Source: Mobula hypostoma (taxonomy: Eukaryota). Taken from it: 64,000 nt of DNA. Position 1 is the stretch's first letter, and each line of letters opens with the position of its first letter. The notes under the pieces are model-generated. The model searched no databases. It was not told where the DNA came from and saw only the letters and a list, made by a program, of their open reading frames with translations. This document shows positions 36,972 to 49,650 of this stretch, in pieces. The translations under genes were made by a program, and so were the position numbers. The stretch spans positions 178,562,001 to 178,626,000 of the forward strand of contig NC_086097.1 of NCBI RefSeq assembly GCF_963921235.1, written 5' to 3'.

Positions 36972-38396
36972 AACTGAAGAAAGAGCTAGTAAGAAATTTA
37001 AAAGTGGGAGGGGGAGGGGGAGATCCAAAATGATAGGAGAAGACAGGAGGGGGAGGGATGGAGCCAAGAGCTGGATAGGTGATTGGCAAAGGGGATATGA
37101 GAGGATCATAGGACAGGAGGTCCGGGGAGAAAGACAAGGGGTGGGGGGAAGCCCAGAGGATGGGCAAGGGGTATAGTCAGAGGGACAGAGGGTGAAAAAG
37201 GAGAGTGAGAGAAAATGTGTGTATATAAATAACGGATGGGGTACGAGGGGGAGGTGGGGCATTAGCGGAAGTTAGAGAAGTCGATGTTCATGCCATCAGG
37301 TTGGAGGCTACCCAGACGGAATATAAGGTGTTGTTCCTCCAACCTGAGTGTGGCTTCATCTTTACAGTAGAGGAGGCCGTGGATAGGCATGTCAGAATGG
37401 GAATGGGATGTGGAATTAAAACGTGTGGCCACTGGGAGATCCTGCTTTCTCTGGCGGACAGAGCGTAGGTGTTCGGCAAAACGATCTCCCAGTCTGTGTC
37501 TCTCAGTCACCTACCACCGCACCAGCCTCCGGGTCCAACATATTATTCTCCGTAACTTCCGCCACCTCCAACGGGATCCCACCACTAAGCACATCTTTCC
37601 CTCGCCCCCCCCCGCTTTCCGCAAGGATCGCTCCCTACACGACTCCCTTGTCCATTCATCCCCCTCATCCCTCCCCACTGATCTCCCTCCTGGCACTTAT
37701 CCTTGTAAGCGGAACAAGTGCTACACATGCCCTTACACCTATTCCCTTACCACCATTCAGGGCCCCAGACAGTCCTTCCAGGTGAGGCGACACTTCACCT
37801 GTGAGTCGGCTGGGGTGATATACTGCGTCTGGTGCTCCCGACATGGCCTTCTATATATTGGCGAGACCCGACGCAGACTGGGAGATCATTTTGCTGAACA
37901 CCTATGCTCTGTCTGCCAGAGAAAGCAGGATCTCCCAGTGGCCACACATTTTAATTCCACATCCCATTCCCATTCTGACATGTCTATCCACAGCCTCCTC
38001 TACTGTAAAGATGAAGCCACACTCCGATTGGAGGAACAACACCTTATATTCCGTCTGGGTAGCCTCCAACCTGATGGCATGAACGTTGACTTCTCTAACT
38101 TCCACTAATGCCCCACCTCCCCCTCGTACCCCATCTGTTACTTATTTTTATACACACATTCTTTCTCTCACTCTCCTTTTTCTCCCTCTGTCCCTCTGAC
38201 TATACTCCTTGCCCATCTTCTGGGTTCCCCCCTCCCTTGTCTTTCTCCCCGGACCTCCTGTCCCATGATCCTCTCATATCCCCTTTGCCAATCACCTGTC
38301 CAGCTCTTGGCTCCATCCCTCCCCCTCCTGTGTATCATTTTGGATCTCCCCCTCCCCCTCCCACTTTCAAATCTCTTACTAACTCTTTCTTCAGTT

Positions 38397-38432
38397 AGTC
38401 CTGACGAAGGGTCTCGGCCTGAAACGTCGACT
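38397..38432 (+). ncRNA. Minimal type I hammerhead ribozyme (Penelope-associated)
   Basis: AGTC-CTGACGA-AGG gtctcgg CCT-GAAA-CG-TC-GACT: stem I AGTC/GACT, CUGANGA and GAAA cores, palindromic ACGT stem III, GUC cleavage triplet. Confidence 0.75.
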
Positions 38433-39429
38433 GTACCTCTTCCTAGAGATGCTGCCTGGCCTGCTGCGTTCACCAGCAACTTTGATGTGTGTTGCTTGAA
38501 TTTCCAGCATCTGCAGAATTCCTCGTGTTAGGGTGCTTTCTATGCTTTTATTAACTGAGCATGTTTGATTTGTTTTTGGCCTCCACTGCGGTTCTTAAAT
38601 CAATTCAATAAAACTGCATGTTATATTTTATAATTGCTTAGAATATAGATGCTGTTCAGACCATCAAGCCTATTGCAGCTCCAAGGACAATCCCCCTCAA
38701 TTTCAAGCCCCAGATTATTTTCCTCCCCACATGTAAGTGCATGCCCTCTAGTACTTGAAATTTGAAAAAGATTTTGACTGTCTACCCTATCTATGCTTCC
38801 CAGAATTTTAGAAACCTCTGATTAACTAATTGGTTGATTACTGTCACATGTACCAAGATACAGTGAAGAAGTTTGTTTTGCATGCCATCTGTGCAGATAA
38901 CTTCATTAGATCAGTGCATTGCGGTCGTACGGGGGAAAGTAATAAAAGAATGTAGAATGACGTGTTCTATCAGGCCTTCCCTCAGTTTCTCCCACCACTA
39001 AAAACAACTAACTTTATTCAACCGTTCCTTACACTACATTCCCCATTAAAACTCTTATATACCTCTCCAAAGTCTCCACATCCTTCCTGTAATGGGGCGA
39101 CTAGAATTGACAATCTCTTCAAGCTCAGTGTAATCATACAGGCTTTAATCTTTTTTGCATGGCTTGAGGGTAAAATGTTGGCTTTAATGCTGTGTATTCT
39201 GTCTATTTTTCGGCACAGATCACTAACCAATTAGGACGTGCATTTGATGAATCTGTTTCTTAAACCTGGACCCAAAGGTCCACCGAAGGTGTTTGCTACA
39301 TATCATGTGATGCTTTAAGCTCGCTTTCGTGTCCATTCACGCATGCCTGGTGCAAGCTGCAAAAACAATTATTGTTCCAATTCCCAATGTATTTGATGCA
39401 GATTTGAAATCTATTAACTTTGTAAAAAC

Positions 39430-40150
39430 AGGGAAGTGTGAAGTGATACATTTTGGCAGAAAGAACAAGGAGAGACAATATAGGCTAAATGTCACGATTC
39501 TAAAGGATGTGCAGGAACAGAGGCACCTGGATAGATATGTGCATAAATCTTTGTAAGAGACAGAGCAGGTTGAGAGAGTATTTAATAAAGCATATGGTAT
39601 CCTGAATTTCAGAAATAGAGGCACAGTGTCTTAAAGCAATGTTGATCCTAGACAAAACACTGGATTTCAAGCTGGTGTGTTATGTCCAATTTTGGCTGTT
39701 ACACTTTAGCAAGGATGAGAAGGCTTGAGAGGAGATAAAGATGACAGTCACTGTAACAGTTCCAACGACGAGGGACTTCAGCTGGTTAGACTGTAGAAGC
39801 TGGGGCTGGGCAGCAAAGGTTGGAATGAGGTTTGATGGAAGTGGACAAGATCAGGGCAGGTTTAAAAGTTAGTCATACAGCATGGAACCAGGCCCTATGC
39901 CCCAATTCGTCCATGCTGACAGTGAGCTAGTCCCTTCTTGCCTGCATTTAGCCCTTTGCATTGTAAACCACTCCTAACCATTCACTTATCTAGATGGCTT
40001 ATATATGTTGATAATGCACTGTACCTGCCTCATCTACTGTTTCTGACAGCTCTCCCTTTGTATGAAGAAGCTGCCCTTGATGTCCCTTTTAAATCTCTTG
40101 TCTCAGATTTTAAGTTATGTCCTCTTGTTTTTAGCACCCTTAAGAGATGG
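39430..40150. mobile_element. CR1 fragments (+ then -)
   Basis: Peptide KCEVIHFGRKNKERQYRLN...VQEQRHL. Confidence 0.7.
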
Positions 40151-40295
40151 AACTCGCTGTCTGCAGGGTGGGTTTGGTGGCGGGGTGAGGTAAGTGTGCG
40201 GACAGATGGACAGGTGAGGACAGAGTCAGCCTGGCCCCTCAGAAGGGAATTGGATCAGCACTAGAGAAGGAATGGTTTGTAGTTTGTGGGAAATA

Positions 40296-40860
40296 GGACT
40301 TACAGGAGGCTGCAGATGCCAGAATCTGGAGAAATGCACAGCCTGCTGAAGGAACTCTGCAGGTTAAACAGCTCTTGTGGGGTGGAAAGGAATTGTTGAT
40401 GTTTTAGTTTGAATCCCTGCATTGGGGCGGAAAATGGAGAAGGGCTGGACAGGAAACAAGGTGATTTTTTGCACTGTATGATGATGGGTAGGTAATGGTA
40501 AGTCAGGGAGGGGTGCAGGATTTGGGTTGGAAACAGTGGTAGGTGGATGAAAGATGGAGGCAGGGAGAGGAAAATGAGAAGAAGATGGTTGGATGGGGAA
40601 AGAGGAGGGTGAAGGTTGGAAACAGCTGCTGAGGGCATTAAGTAGGAACACCAAGGGCTCCAGTGCTGGTCCCTGATAAAGGAGGTGAGAATAGAAGCCA
40701 TAAGGGGAGAATTGTATGGCAGATGGAATCAGAACCAGCTAGGGGACGGAGAGGGTTAGGGGTAAAGAGAGCCTGTTCGTGAACTATGTGTGTAGTGGGT
40801 AGACTGAGGCAAACATGGGTGGTGGACTGGAGGATGTGTTGGGAATGGGATTGCGATGCA
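40296..40860 (-). mobile_element. Old Penelope-like 3' remnant
   Basis: Starts with acaggaggctgcagatgccagaatctggag and continues with a purine-rich body like the other copies. Confidence 0.5.
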
Positions 40861-41444
40861 AAGTGTCATTTTAGCCTTCATGGGCTGAAAACTTCCTCCT
40901 GTGCATCAACAATTTTGCAAACATAAGTAACAGCACCAGCACAGTGGGGTTGCAATTTCATGTGTGTTTCTCATGGTGTAATTCCCCACTGAGCTCTCTG
41001 CAGAAGGAAGAGACGGACAGCTAAGGATTTGGAGATTAAGAAGGCATGGCTCAAGGCAACTCTCTCCCTCATTGCCCTATGTTTGAGGTTTAATGTCTGT
41101 TCTAGTATTGCCAGATGTAAACCAGAGTCGTGTTTGATCTGAGCTTGATTGTATAAAGAAATATTATTTTATTAAAGCTGCTTTTAAAATCCATCATGTT
41201 GTTATAATTGTAGATATTTGAGGGAGTGACTTGATAGAAAAATAGAAGATCATAAGGGACAGAGATAGGATGAAAGCACACAGCCTTTTTCCTGTGGTGG
41301 GAGGTGGCTGTGGTTGGACTAATAACTAGAGGGCATTGGTTCAAGATCAGAGGTGTGAGATTTAGAATTGATATTTTATACACAAAAGGTGATGCATATT
41401 TAGAATGAGCTGCCAGAAATAGTGGTTGAAGTGTGGCTAAGCAC

Positions 41445-43265
41445 AGCCCCAATGCCATATTCAACTTTGCTGATGACACCACTGTTGTAGGCCCAATTAG
41501 AGGTGGTCATGAATCAGTACAGAGGAGGGAGATTGAAAATCTGGATGAGTGGTGCCACAACAATAGCCTATTTCTCAATGTCAGCAAGGCTCAAGGAGCT
41601 GTTTACTGACTTCAGGAGAAGGAAACCAGAGGTCCAGAAGCCAGTCCTCATTGGGGGTTCAGAGGTCAGCAGCTTTAAATCCCTCTGTGTTATCATTTCC
41701 GAGGACATGTTCTGGGCCCAGCACATAAGTGCAATTACGAAGAAAGCACAGAAGCATCTCTACTTAAGAGTTTGCGAAGGTTCAGAGCTGTGTGGTAGAC
41801 AGTATAGTGACTAGCTGCATCATAGCCTGGCACCAATGCCCTTGAATGGAAAATCCCACAAAATGTTGTGGATACGGCCCAGACCATCATCCTTCATGGG
41901 TAAACCCCTGCCCCCTCCAATTGAGCACATCTGCACAGAGCGTTGTCGCAGGAAAGCTGTATCCATCGTCAGGGGCCCCCACCACCCAGGTTATATTCTC
42001 TTCTCGCTGCTGCCCCAGGAAGAAGGTACAGGGACCTCACACTCACATCACCAGGTCCAGAAATAGTTATTACCCCTCAACCATCAGGCTGTTGAAGAAA
42101 AGGGGAGAACTTCACTTACTTCACTTGCCCCATCACTGTAATGTTTCCACAATCTTTGGACTCACTTTCAAGGACTCTTCATCTCATGTTCTTGATATTT
42201 ATTGCTTATTTAACTGAATTGAATTGACTTTAGTTTTTACATCCTTCATATACGTGAGTAAAAATCTTTGTGTTACATCGTTTAAATGTGCAATTATAGT
42301 AATTTATAATAAATATTATGTACAACAGGATAGTCAGTGTAACATAGAAATACAGTTGTGTCAGCATGAATTAAGCAGTCTGATGGCCTGGTGGAAGAAG
42401 CTGTCCCGGAGCCTGTTGGTCCTGGCTTTTATGCTGTGGTACTGTTTCCTGAATGGTAGCAGCTGAAACAGTTTGTGGTTGGGGTGACTCAGGTCCCCAA
42501 TGATCCTTCGGCCCTTTTTACACACCTGTCGCTGTAAATGTCTTGAATAGTGGGAAGTTCACATCTACAGATGCACTGGGCTGTCCGCACCACTCTATGC
42601 AGAGTCCTGTGATTGAGGCAAGTACAGTTCCCATACCAGGCAGTGATGCAGCCAGTCAGGATGCTCTCAGTTGTGCCCCTGTAGAAAGTTCTTAGGATCT
42701 GGGGGGCCATACCAAACTTCTTCAGCCGTCTGAGGTGAAAGACGCACTGTTGTGCCTTTTTCACCACACAGCTGGGACGTACAGACCACGTGAGATCCTC
42801 GGTGATGTTTATGCTGAGGAATTTAAAGCTGTTCACCCTCTCAACCCCAGATCCATTGATGCCAATAGGGGTTGGCCTGTGTCCATTGCTCCTGTAGTCC
42901 ACAACCAGCTCCTTTGCTTTTGTGACATTGAAGGAGAGGTGGTGTTCTTGACACCATTATGTCAGGGTGATAACTCCTTCTCTGTAGGCTTTCTCATTAT
43001 TACTTGAGATTAGGCCAATCAGTGTGGTGTCATCAGCAAATTTAATTAGCAGATTGGAGCTGTGGAGTTATTTATCTTTGTATTCATACAGTTTGTTTTC
43101 TTTTTGCACACTGGTTAACCACCAAGTAGGTGCCATCTTTCAATGATTCTGTTATGGTTTTGGATTTATTGAGTATGACTACAAGAAAATGAATTTCTGG
43201 GTTGTATATGGTGGTATATAGGTACTTTTGTAAACAACTTGCTTTGAACTTTGAACTTTGAACAT
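41445..43265. mobile_element. Tail-to-tail L2-type LINE fragments (+ ~41445-42215, resuming ~43070-43265; - ~42215-43068)
   Basis: Minus ORF 42489-42902 VERVNSFKFLSINITEDLTWS...KKAQQCVFHLRRLKKFG...ILTGCITAWYGNC; plus strand FADDTT motif near 41467. Confidence 0.85.
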
Positions 43266-43419
43266 TGATAACATATAATAGCCACCTAGATAAGTTCATG
43301 GATAGGAGCTGTTTATAGGGCTATGGGCGAAATGTGGGCAGATGCACTGTTAGTATTTTTGAGCTGGGCCAAAGGACCTGCTTCCATATTGCATGAAGCA
43401 ATGACTCTTAATTATTGTT

Positions 43420-46400
43420 ATTCGTGAATGCTGTGGTTCGGCCAGGATTGTTTTCCCTGGCATGTAGGAGGCTGAGGGATGTACTTACAAAGGTTTGTAA
43501 AAAAATCAAAAGGGGCATAGATGAAATGGATGGTCATAATCATTTCCCTAGGGTAGAGAAGTTTAAAACTAGAGGGTATTGGATTAAGGTGGGGGTAAAG
43601 ATTTAAATGGGATCTGAAGGGCAAGATTTGTACATAGAGGTGGTGGATATATGGAACGAGGTGCCAGAGGAAGTCATGGAGACAGATACAATAACAACAT
43701 TTAAAAGACATTTAGACAGGTACATGGTTAGAAAAGCTATTGAGGGATACGGGGCAAATGTGGGAAAATGGAGCTAGCTTAGATGGGCATTTTGGCAGCA
43801 TGGACGAGTTGGGTCAAAGGACCTGTTTCCATGCCTTATAACTCTGTGACATTCCTGGTTAGATCTGTCCCCTTAAACTTCACCCCAAGTTCTTCTCCTT
43901 TACTCCAAGTTGCAAGTTCACTTGCATTTACCGCATTTTTTTAAAGTGATGAATATGCATTGCAAATCAGATTACTCAAGCTTTTATTTGTGGGCTGCTT
44001 ATTAAATTCAACATTAATTTACAGTTGTTTATGTGTAGTTGTTTAAAAGAATTTCATAAATGTGACATTTTTTATGACCTAGGGATGTCCCAAAATGGTT
44101 TATAGTCAGTGAAGTACTTCTGCAGGCAGCCCAGTTGTAAAGTGAGAAAATTGCCTTTCAGTTACTGTGTAGTAAGTTCCCAGAAGCAACATAGTTCCCC
44201 GGCCAGCAAATCGGTTTTACTGTGGCATTGAGTGTGGGCACACATTGACTTGTGTGACCATGAACAGAGGCAGGTCCTCATCCACCAGGGTCAGCTCCCA
44301 CTGTGGCTTTCTCGGCATCGGTTAGACCCGACACAAATTGGGGAACCGCTTTGTTAAGTGCCTTTGCTCTGACCTCTGCAAAATGCAGTATCTCCTAGGC
44401 TACCTATTTCAACTCGATACTGTCTGACTTGCTGAGCTCCTCCAGAATTTTGTGTGTGTTGCGTAGGACCTCATCTTAATGTCTCATCCAAAAAATACGA
44501 CATCTAGCTAGTAGCAGGACATCAGTCTCTTTGTGCAACAGTGGAGCACTTCGGACGTCTGTGAAGTCAAAGAGATATACAGCATAGAAACAGGCCCTTC
44601 AGCTCACTGTGACTGTGCCAACCATCATGCCAACCTGTACTAACCCTCTTCACCGCATTACTTCCATATCCCCTTTTTCCTTGCTCAGCCAAGTACCTTT
44701 GATGTCTCTTAATGATGTTGCTGTTCCTACCTTCACCACTTCCAATGTCATCTCAATCCATAGAGTCATCTAGAGAGGCCTAGGTTTAAGGTGAGGAGCA
44801 AGAGGGTTAGAGGGAATCTGCAGAAGCATGTTTCTCACCCAGATGGGGTTTGGAATCTGGAATACACTGCCTGTGGTGTGATGGAAGCAGAGACTCTCAC
44901 ATCATTTAGGAAGCGTCTGGATGAACACTTGAATCACCGAGACCGAGAAGGATACAGACGACATGTTGGGAAGTCATATGGCACAGAATCGAGCCCTACA
45001 GCCCAGCTGGTCCACACCAACCAAAATGCCCCATCTAAGCTAGTCCTGTTTCTCAGTATTTGGCCCATAACCTTTTAAAACTTTCCAATCCATGTACTAG
45101 TCCAAGTGTTTTTGAAAAATCATCAATCTCTCGGCCCCAGCCACTTCCTCTGGAGGCTTGTCCCACATAGATACCACCCTTTGTATTAAACGGATGCCCC
45201 CTACCTCCGACTAAATTTCTCTCCCCTCACATTAAACCTGTGACCTCTAGTTCTTGATTCCCAATCCTGGAATATAGTCTGAGCGTTTTCACCCTATCCG
45301 TGTCCCTTGCGATTTTATACACCTCTCTAACATCACCTCCGGATATCAGCCCCTTTTTGAATAAAAAATTTACTCCTCAGGTTTGCTTTTAAGTTTGTTC
45401 CTTCTCATCTCAGATCCATACCCTCTAGTTTTAGATGGCCCTACCATGGGAAAGGACTCTGGCTATCTACCCTGAATATACAGTACCTCTCATAATTTTA
45501 CATACCACTGTCATGTCACCTCTCAGTAACAGATTTTCCAATCACTCCTTATTAAAGTCAGGTTTAATATCACCGGCATGTGTCATGAAATTTGTTGTCT
45601 TTGCATCAGTAGTGCAATACAATGCATGCTAATAGAAAAAACTGAATTACATTAAATATATTCAAGAGTTAAATGAATAAGTATGGCAAAAATAGAAATA
45701 AAAAAGTAGTGAGGTAGTGTTCATGGTTTCAGTGTCCATTCAGAAATCAAATGGTGGAGAGGAAGAGTCTGTTTCTGAATTGCTGAGTGTGTGCCTTCAG
45801 GCTTCTGTACCTCTTTCCTGATGGTAGCAGTGAGAACAAGTCATGACCTGGGTGGTGAGGGTCCATAATGATGGATGCTGCCTTTTTGAGGCATCGCTCC
45901 TTGAAAATGGCCTGGATACTGTAGAAGCTAGTACCCATGATGGAGCTGACTAAATTTATAACTCTCTGCAGCTTATTTCAATCCTGTGTAGTAGCCCACT
46001 GCCCCCTTCCCCCATACCAGATGATGATGCAGACAGTTAGAATGCTCTCCATGGCACATACGTAGAAATTTGTTGGTCTTTGGTGACATACAAAATCTTC
46101 TAAAACTGCGAATGAAATATAGCCACTGTCAGGCCTTCTTTGTAGCTACATCGACACGTTGGGTCCAGGATAGATCCTCAGAGATATTGACACCTAGGAA
46201 CTTGAAGTTGCTCACTTTTTCCACTTCTGATCCCTCTATTAGGATGGGTGCGTGTTCCCTCGTCTTACTCTTTCTGAAGTCCACGATCAGTTCTTTGGTC
46301 TTACTGACACTGAGTGCAACTCTGCCTCTCCAATCTAGCCAACGTCCTTGTGAATCTTTTCTACACCCTCTTTAGCTTAATCACATTTTTACTGTGGCAA

Positions 46401-46850
46401 TCTTCAGGAAGGAAGTGGTTGCACTGGAGAAGGTGCAGAGGAGATTCATTTGGATTAGATCTGTTTTCCTTGGAGTGGAGGAGGCTAAAGGGGGACCTGT
46501 TCAAAGCTTACACAATTGTAAGAGGCATAGGTAGGATGGATAAAGTGAGCAACTGTTCGCCATAACAGATGTCCAAAATCAGAGGGCCTCGGTTTAAGGT
46601 GGGGAGCAAGAGGGTTAGAGAGGATCTGAAAAACATCTTTCTCACCCAGATGGGGGTAGGAATCTGAACAGACTGAGGGGTGATAGAGGCAGAGACTCTC
46701 ACAACATTTAAGAAGTATCTGGATGAGCACTTGAATCACTGAGACAGAGAGCGCTGCAGGCCACCTGTGGGCAAATGGGAATGCTGATGGTCATCACGGA
46801 CACGAAGGGCTGAAGGGCCTGTTTCTGTGCTGCCTGGCCCTTAACCTCTG
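43420..46850. mobile_element. Mosaic of CR1 fragments with an L2-type fragment (-, ~45555-46320)
   Basis: CR1 peptides LFSLACRRLRD and LFSLEWRRLKGDL; L2 peptide RCLKKAASIIMDPHHPGHDLFSLLPSGKRYRSL. Confidence 0.7.
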
Positions 46851-47479
46851 TGGCTGCATCAGCAGCCTTGATCTTTTGCTTCAGTCTATTTTGTGGAGCT
46901 TGAGCCCATGAGTTGTAGACCTGAGTGTGAGGCTTCCCCACTGAGTTGCAATTAATTAACCCTTAACATCGATAGTGTTTTGTGATGTGACTAAAACTGT
47001 ATTAGCAAACATCTTAGAAAAACTTCACAAATTTCAAAGTCCCTCCCTGGAACTTTTTTAGACTACAAGAGAAATGTTGTTTACCACTTAGCGCCTATTG
47101 TGTTTTATGATTACACTTAGTGCAAATACTTCCAGTGCTTGAAGCAGGCAGATGAGTGGAGGAAGCAGTTATATTTATTTAAAACCCGACAGAAGATCGT
47201 TGCCTCTACTCCTTGCCTGATCTCCTTTTGGATTGTTGATGTATATTTTTCTGTAGACATAGGAAATGATTGCAGTGCTAATGAGATGATGCTGTGTGTG
47301 TGCACCATCCCCCAAACCCAGAGCTAAATCCCAGGAGACAGCGGGGAAAATAATAAATAGCCAACAAGGTATTTAAAGCAAAAATCTTTTTGTCTCAATT
47401 TGCTGTAGGATATCAGAAATTAAGGAACTTCCCTGCTATCTGCGTTGTCTACATTACAACCATGAACAAAATGTATTTG

Positions 47480-48140
47480 TAAACCAGTCCCTTCTGCCCG
47501 CACGTGGTCACCATTCCTTCCATTCTCCACACGTTCATGTGTCTATCTAAGAGCCTCTTAAAGGCCTCTATTATATTCGCCTCCCCCACCACTCCTGGAA
47601 GTACTCTCTAGGCACCCACCGCTCTCTGTATATACAGAAAAAGCTTGCCTCACACACCTCCTTTGAACTTCTTTCCTCTGACCTTCCATTATGCTCATTG
47701 TGTATATAATAGTAGAGTATAAGGCATTATGACTCTGGGGAAAAGATTCCAGCTGTCTACCGTATCTATACCCCTCACAATTTTATAAACTTCTATCAGG
47801 TCTCCCCTGAGATTCTGCCACTCCAGAGAAAACGATCTACATTGCTCTAACCTCTCATAGCTCAAGTCCACTAATTCAGTTTGCATCCTGATAAAACTCT
47901 CCTGCACCCTCTCCAAAGCCTCAACACCCTTCCTACAATGGGGCGACCCAAATTGAATGCAATACTCCAGAAGCAACCTTATCAGAGTTTTGTACAGCTG
48001 CATTGTAACTTCGTGACTCTTAAACTCGGTGCCTCGACTAACAAAGGCAAGCGTGTCCTATGCCTTTTTTAACAACCTATCAATATGCAGCCACTTTCAG
48101 GGAGCTACAGAGTTAGACCCCAAGGTCCCTCTGTATGTCA
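47480..48140 (-). mobile_element. CR1 fragment
   Basis: Peptide MQLYKTLIRLLLEYCIQFGSPHCRKGVEALERVQ...LRGDLIEVYKIVRGID. Confidence 0.85.
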
Positions 48141-48629
48141 TCTGTGGGGACTGGGGAGGAGAAAGTCTATTTGAGAGCACCTACTGTCATATTGCAATTA
48201 ACATTTTAATTGTAATATTTTAATTAACTGTTCACAAAAAGAGTAGCTGATTTTAAGAAAGGTTTGATATTCCCACACTTGGTCTCTTGAGTTTCTTTCA
48301 GTTCCAGCTGTAACTACAGAGCCTACACTATGTAGCTCAGGATCGCAGAGAGTTTTGAGTGTGGAAGAAGGCCATTCGGGACATTGGGGTTCTACTGGCT
48401 CTAGGTTCAGGCAATACAGCTGGTCCCACTGTCCACCCCCCCCCCACCTACTCCCCCACCCTCCTGCTGTCCTATTCTGAAATTGCTTTTGCAAACGTGG
48501 ACACTGTCTACTCTTCTCGGTACCTCAGGTCCTTCTCAGCCAACAAAGGTCCTGTCCCACCCTGGGCATCCTCTCTTCTCCCTCCTCTCATTGGGCAGAG
48601 GATTCAAAAGCCGAATTGCCTGCTGGAAG

Positions 48630-49650
48630 TGCAGAACATAGGAGCAGGCCCTTGCCCACCATGTCTGTGCCGAACACAATGCCAAATTAAACTTCCACCT
48701 CCCTCCGTACTTGCATATTTGTGTTCCTATCTAAATGCATCTTAAACACCACTCCACCACCAACCTGATAACCTATTCCAGGCACCCTCCACTCTCTGTC
48801 TAAATAAACTTATCATGCACATTTCCTTTAAACTGCCCTTCTTTCATGCCCTGTAGTACTTTACACTTCCACCTTGGCAAAAAGACTCTTGTTTACCCAA
48901 TCTTTATTTTATTTATTTAGAGATTCCGTCCTTTTGAGCTGGAGCACCTCAGCAACCCATCTATTTACCCCTCACCTAATCACAGGACAATTTACAATGA
49001 CAAATTAACCTACCAACCAGTACGTCTTTGAAATGTGGGAAGAAACTGGAGCACTTGGAGAAAACCTATGCATTCCATGGGGAGAACGTACAAGCTCCTT
49101 ACAGATGTCTTCGGAATTGAGCTCAGAACTCCCAACGCCCCAAGATGTAATAGCGTGCACTAACCGCTACACTACCATTGCACTTTGCCCCTCATAATTT
49201 TATAAACTTCTATCACGTCTCCCCTCAGCCTCTGACACTCCAGAGAAACCAACCCAATTCAATATTTTTCTGTGCCAGTTACCCTTGGCCTCAATACCCC
49301 GAATCGTTCAAAATACAGTATTTTACTTTCCCTCCAAATACACCCAGTGGTAACTGGGTTTACATTACCGAGGTAGAGGGAAAAGCATTGTCTTGCGTAC
49401 CATCAGTGCACATCATTTCATCACGCCAGTACACTGAGGTGGTACAGGGGAAAGTAATATCAGAATAAGGTGTTTCAGTTACAGAGAAAGTGCAGTGCAG
49501 TGCAGGCAGACCATAAGGTGCAAAGCCATAACAATGTAGACCCAAGAGACTGCAGATGCTGGAAACTGAAGCAACAGCCAATCCGCTGTAGGAAGTCTGT
49601 GTGTCAAGCGGGATCTGTGGGAGGAGAGGAATTGTCAGAATTTCGGGTAG
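48630..49650 (-). mobile_element. CR1 fragment with nested SINE (~48905-49178), L2 tail and Penelope terminus
   Basis: SINE body tgtgggaagaaactggagcac...taaccgctacactacc; other motifs shared with copies elsewhere in the window. Confidence 0.6.

Larger units (their letters stand above)
36874..38529 (+). mobile_element. Young inverted Penelope-like element with GIY-YIG endonuclease fragment and 14-bp TSD
   Basis: ORF 37389-38108 contains CKRNKCYTC...GVIYCVWCSRHGLLYIGETRRRLGDHFAEH. The ~620-bp minus arm (36874-~37495) is an inverted copy of the + arm 3' end. AGGGTGCTTTCTAT at 36860-36873 and 38530-38543. Confidence 0.92.

Noticed and set aside
37389..38108. 239-aa ORF as a host or domesticated nuclease gene
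   Set aside because: Chimeric: the N-terminal part is antisense arm sequence read across the inversion junction into a truncated Penelope endonuclease, inside a TSD-bounded insertion.
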